Source: Octopus vulgaris
Lineage: Eukaryota
Direction of reading: 5' to 3'
Assembly (NCBI GenBank): GCA_951406725.2
Contig: OX597816.1
Coordinates: 3,348,001-3,412,000 of the forward strand
Length of the DNA: 64,000 nucleotides
Positions 53,951-64,000 of the stretch are shown here, in pieces. Each line of letters begins with the position of its first letter. Position 1 is the first letter of the stretch. The position numbers and the translations under genes are program-made. Below the pieces are notes generated by a model. That model did not search any database. It saw nothing but the letters and a program-made list of their open reading frames with translations, and was not told the DNA's origin.

Positions 53951-54717
53951 TCGGGAGAGGCGGGAAAGGATAATTTGCGGTGTTTTTTACTTTATCATTA
54001 ACGATAAAATTAACAGGAAACCAGGACTTGCTCCCATTTGCAGTGAGGGTTTACCTTTATTCCACGGTGATCGTCACAATTAATCTCTTACGTAGATTAT
54101 AAAAGTTGGTGAGGTTGAAATTTTGTCTGTTGGTGTTACTAATTATACAACAGAGACATCAACACGTTGTAATTCTGTGCTGGTTATTTTTCTAGAAGGT
54201 AATTGAAAGCCACGGATATAAATAAGTGAACCTGTGTATTTGAACCAACGATATCAATTTTACTGATAAATATGTTAGGGATACACGCACCTGCGAGCCA
54301 AGTCAACGTTTGTGTAATTGGAGACCGTTTAAGTTTATCTGAAAACGAAAACAAAAGTGTTAAAAGGGATATGCTGAGTTTTCTAAAATAATGGCTAATA
54401 AGGTATCTCTGTATTATTTACAGAATTCGCAGCTGGTCGAATCACTGAAATGACATTCTACTGACCTCTGTCACTGCAATCTGCTTTAGCTAATCATATT
54501 TTGCTCTTTAATTACTTCGCCATGGTACCATTTTGAGGTACGGTTCATCGTGGAGAGCTGTGTCACTGGCGAATGTTTTGTCGTCAACTTTAATATAACA
54601 TTTCTAAAGTCAAATACTTCTATATATTCTTGCAGAAGAGATGAATAATGCCATAACGGGATAATGATATAATGGTACCTCGCGATTCCTGTCAGCGTTA
54701 CCGTAATAATAAATAGT

Positions 54718-55100
54718 GGAGGCGCAATGGCCCAGTGGTTAGGGCAGCGGACTCGCGGTCGTAGGATCGCGGTTTCGATTCTCAGACCGGGCGTTGTGAG
54801 TGTTTATTGAGCGAAAACACCTAAAAGCTCCACGAGGCTCCGGCAGGGGGTGGTGGTTATCCCTGCTGTACTCTTTCACCACAACTTTCTCTCACTCTTA
54901 CTTCCTGTTTCTGTTGTACCTGTATTTCAAAGGGCCGGCCTTGTCACTCTCTGTGTCACGCTGAATATCCCCGAGAACTACGTTAAGGGTACACGTGTCT
55001 GTGGAGTGCTCAGCCACTTACACGTTAATTTCACGAGCAGACTGTTCCGTTGATCGGATCAACCGGAACCCTCGTCATCGTAACCGACGGAGTGCTTCCA
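54718..55100 (+). mobile_element. Type-C tRNA-derived SINE, full-length, 11-bp TSD
   Basis: A box tggcccagtggtt, B box ggtttcgattc; TSD aataataaata at 54705 and 55100. Confidence 0.92.
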
Positions 55101-55429
55101 ATAATAAATAAGTCCCGCAACACACCGGGGCGCCACAAAGGGTATCTAAGTAGACTGCTGAGTTTTAAAAAAATGTAGTTTCAGACTTTAGATATTTTAT
55201 GCAAATGCTTGAGAGCCTTGAAAAAATAGTAATAATTTATTGTTTCATTATGCACAGCATAAGTAATAAAGTAAATTAAATAACAGTGACGTAGATAATC
55301 CTTCTTAATCCATTCCGTTAGATTTGAATGTGAAGACGTTAATCGCTGTTGTATCTTATCCTTGAAGAACAACGCCCCCTTTCAGACAATTTATCTTCAC
55401 TATACACGCTGTTCATTGGCGTAGAGAGA

Positions 55430-55645
55430 CTCCGAGACATTAGTGTTTCGACCTGGTTGATTCTTGTCAGCCAACGCTACCCTGGGGCCAATAAATCCAA
55501 ACAAGGATTCTGGCTCTTCTTTATAGAATTCATCAAACAAATTATTCGGCTGATGCATGCTCATGTCTTCTAATCCAATGATAATTTACCATACTCATGG
55601 ACGTAGCTTAGACTGAAGAGACATAACCAGGTCGAAACGTTGCGA
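55430..55645. ncRNA. Diverged head-to-head pair of hammerhead motifs
   Basis: Plus: CUGAAGA gac ataaccag gtc GAAACGUU at 55613. Minus: cugacaa gaatcaaccaggtc GAAAC at 55445-55470. Confidence 0.55.
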
Positions 55646-55849
55646 TGTTGTAAATTCCCCTTAGTTCAATAAATCGATTTTCTGAAAGAAGTTGTTCTCC
55701 GAAGATGGAGGACGACAACAGCGATATTCACGCTCAAATTTGCCGGAACGTATTAAGACTGAGCATGTATGTCATCGCTTTGAATCCCGCTGTTCTCTGC
55801 AATGCTTCATTGAGGTGAACTAGAATTTTCTCCATGATTTATCTTTTCA

Positions 55850-56180
55850 CCTTTTACTTGTTACGGTCATTAGGCTACGGCGTTGGTTGAATGAATCGAA
55901 CTCAGTGCTATTATTTCATAAGCTTGGTACTTATTCTATCGGTATACTTTGCAGAACCGCTAGATTACAGGGACGTAAACACACCAACACCGGTTGGCAA
56001 GCGGTGGTTAGGAACAAACATACATGTGCACGCGCATACACACACATACATATACGGCGAGCTTCCTTCAGTTTCCATCTACCAAATCCACTCACAAGGT
56101 TTTGGTCGGCCCGAGGCTATAGTAGAAAACACACGCTCAAGTTGCCACGCAGAGGGTCTGATCCCGGAACTACGTGGTCG
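55850..56180 (-). mobile_element. Type-A SINE, diverged
   Basis: Family match. Confidence 0.8.
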
Positions 56181-56837
56181 GGGTTCTTAGTTAATAACCT
56201 GTACGACATGGAATGGAATGAATAGTTCCTGAATTAAGCCAGCAGTTTTGAGGGGAGGGGTTTTCTCGACACTATCGAACTCAGTACTTGACTGGTACTT
56301 TATTTTATCGACCCTGAAAGGATGAAAGGCAAAGTTAATCTTGGTGGGATTTGAACTCAGGACGTACAGAGCTGCTATGTATTTTGTCCGATGCTGCCTG
56401 TCAATAATGAATTTGTGGAGAGCCCATTTCTACCAAAGCGACTGGTACTTTTTGTGTCGACCTGCGAAAATAGAAAGCAAATTTAATCTCGATAAGATTT
56501 GAACTCAGAATGTAAAAAGAACGAATCTTATTGCTTATCTCCTGCCACCGACCTTGTGGCTAATCGGTCGATGTGTTAATGACGATTGGAGCAGATTTCT
56601 CGTCATTAAACGACTTGAAAAACACACGCTGTTCTTTGGATTGGTTGTGAAGTCTGCAAGGCTCTCACCTTTTGGCTTTTACGTCTTTTAGTCATTAGAA
56701 TGCGGCCAGGCTGGGGCACTGTCTTCAATGGTTTAGTTGAACAAATCCGCTCCAGTCTGGTACTTATTCGATCGGTGTCTTTGCCGAACCGCTAAGTTGC
56801 AGGGACCTAAACAAACCAGCACTGGTTGTCAAGCAGT

Positions 56838-57020
56838 GGTGGGGGGTGATCCCTGCTGTACTCTTTCGTCACAACTTTCTCTCACCCTTTCTTCTGTTGG
56901 CCTGCTCGCTTAGCCAGCGGGGTGGCGTCATTTGAAGGCTAAAACAATGCGAAGCGCATTGTGACCAGCGATGTGTAGCAACTTGCGATAGCCTGGTCGG
57001 TCACGGTGATCACGGTGATA
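56838..57020 (+). mobile_element. Type-C-body SINE with an RTE-type tail, nested in a type-A SINE (56677-57260, minus)
   Basis: gatccctgctgtactctttc..gaagcgcattgtgaccagcgatgtgtagcaac. Confidence 0.75.
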
Positions 57021-57030
57021 TATATGTATG

Positions 57031-57078
<48 letters not shown>

Positions 57079-57789
57079 CATACATACACACACACACATA
57101 CACACGCAGTCTCATGTTTCTTTCAGTTTCCGTGAACCAAATCCTTTCACAAGGCATTGGTCGTTCCTGGGCCTTTATTGGAAGACACTTGTCTAAGGTG
57201 TCGCGAAGCGGGATTGATCTTAAAACAACGTGGCTGCAAAGCAATCCGGTGACGGACGTGAAAGCACTCCAGCACATCTCGAAGACACCCTTCATCAAAG
57301 AGCTGCATGTTACCGTAATCTACAGAATGGTACCTCATCGACCACGAGTTATAAAGTTGAATTTTTCCGTTTGATGTTGTGTTTTTTTGCCCAAAGCACA
57401 AAAAATGGCGCCAGAGATCTCGACGACATGGAAATATTATAAGAGAGAAATAGAGGGAGAGAAAGAGAGAGAGAGAGACTCGGCCAGCTGTGACTGTCCA
57501 GGTTTGCAATAAGCATCAACAATGCCTAAATGGAAGGTTATTCATCTTGTTGTTGTTGTTGTTGTCTTTGCCATTATATCGTTTTGTATTTATTTATGTT
57601 TTATTTGTTTCCCTACCTTCTGGACCTGGTGACAGGTAGTTTTACCTCTGTAAAATTGGGGAAATGGAAGCGAAAAGTTGATGAATAAATAAAGAACGAA
57701 AGTGACAGATACAACAACAACAACAACAGCAACCATGAAATATAATTACTTTGTTCACGCTCCTCCACAACCGATACTTTGGCAATAAC

Positions 57790-57964
57790 GGTGACGACGA
57801 CTATTGTGCTGATGATGATGATGACAACGACGACGACGATGATGATGATAATGATGATGATGATGGTAGTGGTGGCGTGATGTTGATAATAATGATGACG
57901 ATGATGATGATGGTAATGATCATGATGACGACGACGAGGCTGAAAAGTGATTATGACGATAATA

Positions 57965-58020
<56 letters not shown>

Positions 58021-58034
58021 TATGATGATGATGG

Positions 58035-58068
<34 letters not shown>

Positions 58069-58106
58069 GGTGGTGGTTATGATGATGATGATGATTATGA
58101 TGATGA

Positions 58107-58137
<31 letters not shown>

Positions 58138-58320
58138 GGTGGTGGTTATGATGATGATGATGACGATGGTGGCGGTAAGGTGATAATGAAGACGACGATG
58201 AGACTGATTTGTGATGTTGATGATGGTTATGACTATGATGACAATGGTTGTGGTGGTGGTGGTGGTGGTGATGGTGGTGGTGATGGTGTTGATGGTGATG
58301 GTGATGATGACGACAACAAT
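57790..58320. repeat. Compound (GAT/GGT/GAC)n repeats
   Basis: Direct reading. Confidence 0.92.
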
Positions 58321-58384
58321 ACACACACAGAGTAGCATTGGTCGGTTACTCGAGTAAGTCGCCTTGATGGCAGCGGGCGCTTAG

Positions 58385-58580
58385 GAAAGTCACGTGCTCG
58401 ATGAAAGACCACGTGTCAGGTAAAGTCACGTGCCGCAAGAATAGTGCAGCGGACTCAGTCCCTCGTAAAATGACAATTACAGGCGATCAGCTACTTGGAC
58501 AACAACAACAACAACAACAATAGAAACAAAAAAGAAAAAAGAGAATGAGAAAAACTCTCTCCCTTAGCCGCCATCTTGTT
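58385..58580. promoter_or_regulatory. Three CACGTG E-boxes plus a YY1/Pho-type site
   Basis: cacgtg at 58391, 58410 and 58427; gccgccatcttg at 58567. Confidence 0.4.
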
Positions 58581-59136
58581 CTCTTGCTTTATTGTATCTA
58601 TTTGTTATTTATTTATACGCTGCTATATTTGATTGGCTGTTGTTTAATATGGTGTAATTATCAGCAGAGACCGCTTTAGCTTTAAACAAAGAACTAGCTG
58701 TGTTGGTTTTTAGCTAAATATTTCCTCGTTCCTCTCAATTTACGTTATGACGACAGCAACAACAACATCAGCAACAACGATAATTTCGAGGAGAGATGAA
58801 AGGCAAAGACAATCCTGGCCGGATTTTCCACCTTAAGCGGGTAAAAAGGCGTAACGAAACGCCGCCATCCGTGACCTCCGTTTTCTACCTTTCCATAAGA
58901 ATATTTTTTTGCAAGACAGGCTCTTTCTGTTGAGCTACCATTCATATGGCACCATTTCATAACATCTAATAACCGTTTCTAGTGCAGACACTGAACCACT
59001 AATTTGTAGAGAGGAGTCGATCGGTTAAACTAACTTCCGTACTCGACTGATACTTTGGTTTGTCGAGTTGGAAAGGATACATGGCAAAGTTGACCAAAGT
59101 TGACACGATTTGAACTTAAAATGTAAAGAGCCATTT

Positions 59137-59645
<509 letters not shown>

Positions 59646-59659
59646 TAATAATAATAATT

Positions 59660-59868
59660 TCAAATTTTGGCACAAAGCCAGCAATTTCGGGGTTGGGGTA
59701 AGCCGATGGCATCGCCCCCAGTGTTCAACTGGTACTTATTTTATCTACCCCGAAAGGATGAAAGGCAGAGTCGACCCCGGCGGAAATTGAACTGAGAACG
59801 TGGAGACGGGTGAAATACTACTTAGCATGTCGCCCGGCGTGCTAACGATTCTGCCAGCTCGCCGCCTT
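59660..59868 (-). mobile_element. Type-B SINE, short tail
   Basis: Family match. Confidence 0.85.
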
Positions 59869-60375
59869 ATCTCCACTCAATAATAATAATTTCAAATTTT
59901 CGCCCAAGGCTAGCAATTTTAGGCGGAGGTAGCAAGTCGATAACAGCAACTCCTGTAATTGACTTGTACTTTATTTTATCGACCCCAGAAGTTGTGGATT
60001 CTATCATACCAATGAAGTTGAATGTAATTTGCAGGAATATATTAGGGCGAACTTCCAACTAACTTTTGTTTTTTTCCTGAGAATACTGAAAAGGATTTTC
60101 GATTTGTGTAACGCTACTTTGCAAACTGCCTTGCGTAATACTGACTGCCGACTTACTGAAACACGTGTAAGTCTTATAAAGCTTAAAGTACCAATTGTGT
60201 TTTCTGTGCTTCTTATAACACTTGTGTGTGTCTGTTTGTATCTATCAGTTTGTGTGTTTGTGTTCCTGTCTGTCTGTATGTCAACACATAGTTATGCTGT
60301 TAACGAGGAACGTCTTTTAACAAGGATTTGCTCGATATGGAGGGATTGGGGGTTTAATAACAGCAGCAGCAGCAA

Positions 60376-60745
60376 GGAGGCGCAATGGCCCAGTGGTTAG
60401 GGCAGCGGACTTGCGGTCGGAGGATCGCGGTTTCGATTCCCAGACCGGGCGTTGTGTGTGTTTATTGAGCAAAAGCACCTAAAGCTCCACGTGGCTCTGG
60501 CAGGGGGTGGTGGCGACCCCTGTTGTACTCTTTCGCTCCAACTTTCTCTCACTCTTTCTTCCTGTTTCTTGTCCCCGACTTCCTACGCAACCACTGAGCC
60601 TGGATGCATATTCATCCATCCATCGATGCTCTCGGTGTCTGGGGTTGACCTGCTTTCTCTTCTGCGGGTCTTACGAATAGCAAAGGACCACGTTTCGGAC
60701 TTCTCCCACTCTGGGACGAAGACCGCTTCGCTCAACAGCGCTCAA
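60376..60745 (+). mobile_element. Type-C-head SINE with a fourth tail type, inserted in (CAG/CAA)n
   Basis: Near-identical to 54718 up to ~60570, then unrelated; flanked by aacagcagca on both sides. Confidence 0.8.
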
Positions 60746-61189
60746 CAGCAGCAACAACAACAACAGCATCAATTATACTTCTCGCAGACTAAACTGCAGT
60801 GGTACAGTCACATTGGCTATTTGTAGGCCAAGCTACACGTCGGCAAGTTATTCTGCCGACTGATCAGAAGCCACCGATTCAGAACCAAATATGATATTCA
60901 GAGAACATTTACTGAAGTCCCTTTACGTTGTGTTTAACCGTGTCCGGCCGCAACCAGTTCCCCGCTTTATTCTTCCAGCGTCGTTTAAAAATATCAAGAG
61001 GCATGACTGTGTGGTTAAGAAGCCCTCTTTGCAACCACGTTGCTTTCAGGTTCGGCCCCACTGCATGGTACGTTGGGGGAAGAAGTGTCTCAGCCCCACG
61101 ACCGGCCATTGTATTGTGAGTAAATTTGGGAGACAGAAGCTGTTGTGTAGAATCCAGTCGTGTGTACACACACACACAGGTATATTTCA

Positions 61190-61990
61190 CATTATCAACT
61201 AGACCATCAGATGCTGTTATACACCGCTAGTCACGATGCGCTTCCAATTTTATCTTGATTGCGTCATTCTTTTCTCTCTTCACCCAAATTGCTTTACCAA
61301 ATTCTCTTCCCATCGTCGTGGAGACCTTCCAAGTGGAACTTTCCGATCTCTTGGATACCACTCGGCAACTTCACGGGTTCGCTTATTCTCTGTAAATCTT
61401 GCAACATGTCCGGAGCAGTGGAATTCCTGCTTTTGCTATTCTGCGATCACTCGGTCATTCCGCTCCGTTCTCGAATTCTCTCATTTCGAATATGCTCTCA
61501 TAGTGATCTTTCTAGTATGGTTCTTTCCAAGGCCCTTTGCGTCGTAGCCACTCGATGTTCTATCCTCTCCGCAATAGCCCACGTCTCCCTTGTATATGAG
61601 AGCGCATGTAGGACAGCGCAATAGAAGAGCCTGGCACATGTGACATTGTTTAGCTTCGTTTTGAGCTCATACCCTTTCATCCCCCCCTCATTCTCTTTGA
61701 GATTTCAACATCCGTATCGCGACACGTATCCCCTGTGCGCCCGAACTAAACGTCCTCTTTTACCGCCGCAATTTCATCGTTCCCCACCTCTATTCGGCTT
61801 TGTGCTACGTCTTCCGACTGCATATATTTTGTTTTCATGCGGTTCATGTTTAGATCTATTGCTAAACTCTGAGTGACCAACTTTGTCAGCATGGCCTGAC
61901 AGAGCTGGCCTGTGGTTTCAGCAATAACCACAATCTCTTCTGCGAATCGAAGGTGTTTTAGATGGTCGACATTGATGTTCACGACACCTG
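61190..61990 (-). mobile_element. RTE-clade LINE 3' fragment (degenerate RT)
   Basis: HLRFAEEIVVIA (FADD-like), N..KTKYM, LSY..ETW, GHVAR, W.P..GR.P.RW. Confidence 0.85.
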
Positions 61991-62066
61991 TCCTGTTTCG
62001 TCTTAATGTGTTTGTCTGTCCTTGTTTGTCCCCTCTGTGTTTAGCCCCTTGTGGGTAGTAAAGAAA

Positions 62067-62115
<49 letters not shown>

Positions 62116-62465
62116 TACACACACACATACATGCGCGCGCGCGAAGTCTCATGACCATTTCTAGACATGAAGTAAAGAACTTTGGAGAGATGGTATCCCA
62201 TTGCTTGACACCCTGGTCTTAAAAAAACAACACTCATAAGTACACCGGTCGATTTGTTCAACTAAAACCCTTCAAAATGATACTATAGCATGGCCGTATT
62301 CCAGTGCCTGAAACAAGTAAAAAAAAGATTAAAAAAGAATATACGAGAATTTCGATTTATGCCAATGTTCAGACAAGAAAGTTGACAGGTTGGCTGAGAC
62401 TTAGATCTTCAGGTGAAATACATTATTTACATTGGACGGATATTTGTCCTCTTCTTGTTTGTTGT

Positions 62466-62512
62466 TATCGCAACGTTTCGGCTGATTTACTCTCCAGCCT
62501 TCATCAGGTGTC
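62466..62512 (-). ncRNA. Minimal hammerhead ribozyme, canonical core
   Basis: gacac CUGAUGA a ggcug gagaguaaau cagcc GAAACGUU gcga; stem I is imperfect. Confidence 0.7.
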
Positions 62513-62593
62513 TTGGGAAAATTTTGAACTCAACCCTGGGTTCTCATTCCTACGGTATTTTTTGCTGATTTTATTATCATTATTTATTCAAGG

Positions 62594-62668
62594 CACTGCC
62601 TGGAATTGAACTCGTAATCTTCGACTTCGTAGCCCGCGCTCGAAACCATTATGCTATATGCCCGTGGG
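62594..62668 (-). mobile_element. tRNA-like Pol III head upstream of the HHR
   Basis: gggcata tagcataatggt (A box) .. gagttcaattcc (B box); not a complete cloverleaf. Confidence 0.6.
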
Positions 62669-62737
62669 CAATTATAGGGGGAATTTTAGGGCTTATAAAC
62701 CTAAAAAGTTTTGTATCTTTGATACCTGTTCTCGTAT

Positions 62738-62791
<54 letters not shown>

Positions 62792-63029
62792 TATTTTAAC
62801 TCGATATCATCTCCACCTCTAACACAACACATGTAATGCTTGATACATTACGATCCATCAACAACAGATCATCTCCGGCCCCAAACACCATGTACAAAAA
62901 AACTACGAATAAATTAAATAATACCGGTATTATTCAACCCAAGAATAACAATCGGGAAGTACGTACCGTAAACTTACAACATAAAATGTACGAAAAACTG
63001 AGTAAGTGAAAGCACGCTATAAAAAGAAA

Positions 63030-63126
<97 letters not shown>

Positions 63127-63152
63127 GTAATAATAATAATAATTATTATTAT

Positions 63153-63635
63153 TGTGAAAGACCAAAACAATAAAGTTTGCTTATTGATCGACATGAGCAT
63201 CCCCTGTGATCATAATATCTCGGCGAAAGAGTTTGACAAACTCAGAAAATATAAAGACCTACTCATTGAAATTGAGAAAATGTGGCATCTCAAGGCGGTT
63301 ACAATACCAGTGATCGTAGGAGCATTAGGAATGATCAAGAAGGGAACCGAAAATTATATGAGAATGATCCCTGGCTTACCATCCCTGCAAGAAGTGCAAA
63401 AGATTGTCTTAACTGGTACATCACACGTATTGAGAAGAGCATTGTCGCTGTGAGAACTATTACTACACATGTAGTAATAGTTTTTTAATTTAAAAAAAAA
63501 TTTTTTTTAAATAAATAAACGAACTATTGAGTTTAGTTTAATGGCCTACCAATGTATACTATGAGTTTCTTTGCCCTAGGAGTCGGGAAGACACTCGGCA
63601 AGAAATGGAAGCAAATTTGAAAGAAGAAGAAAAAA

Positions 63636-63636
<1 letters not shown>
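63153..63636 (+). mobile_element. R4/Dong-like LINE 3' fragment in (TAA)n
   Basis: Near-identical to 41340-41815; ORF 63154-63453. Confidence 0.92.
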
Positions 63637-63702
<66 letters not shown>

Positions 63703-64000
63703 TAATAATAATAATAATAATGTTTGTCTACAACCAATGACAACATAATCACTAGTTTAAATCGTGAGATGATTCCATCGTCGACATACCGTTCCTCTGT
63801 GCCAATGTTTCGAGTCAATATTCAAGAGCAAATTCTTCTAATTTCAGATATTTTTTTATTTGTTTGTTTCGTCCTTATTTGAAATGCAGTTTAATTGTGT
63901 CGAGTGCAGCGAAGATTCTTTTGATGTCAACCGCTTGAAAGTCTCCTTATTTCTCCGATGCAAACTCCTTGTTTTAAGTTGAAATAAATTAAAACCGCCC

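Noticed and set aside
54718-54790. tRNA gene
   Set aside because: The acceptor stem does not close, and the sequence continues into a SINE body with a TSD.
57613-58338. Asp/Gly-rich 194-aa ORF resembling an acidic biomineral protein
   Set aside because: Compound (GAT/GGT)n repeat; other frames are equally open.
60680-60750. Minus-strand HHR-like cuguuga..gaaacgugguc
   Set aside because: A6 is mutated and stems I and II are unconvincing.

Overview
AT-rich animal genomic DNA, dense with microsatellites. I recognise no intact host gene, so the window is probably intronic or intergenic. The repeat repertoire looks like an Octopus (coleoid cephalopod) genome; that assignment is inference from memory, not a search. 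Almost all listed ORFs are microsatellite or SINE artefacts. Real content: three abundant tRNA-derived SINE types with swapped tails; fragments of R4/Dong-like, Tx1-like, RTE and CR1-group LINEs; Helitrons; a Tc1/mariner relic; and a MITE with an 8-bp TSD. The most interesting layer is invisible in the ORF track: about a dozen minimal hammerhead ribozyme (HHR) motifs in short non-coding, often fold-back elements, many inserted in or beside (TA)n. The cores use three versions of the 3-8 tertiary pair: C3-G8, U3-A8 and G3-C8. The best case is a tandem 362-bp unit at 47803-48721 with two U3-A8 HHRs, a retrozyme/Penelope-like architecture predicted to release a ~360-nt, possibly circular, RNA. One other HHR sits downstream of a tRNA-like Pol III head (62466-62668). 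All structures were read by eye, and boundaries of degenerate repeats are approximate.
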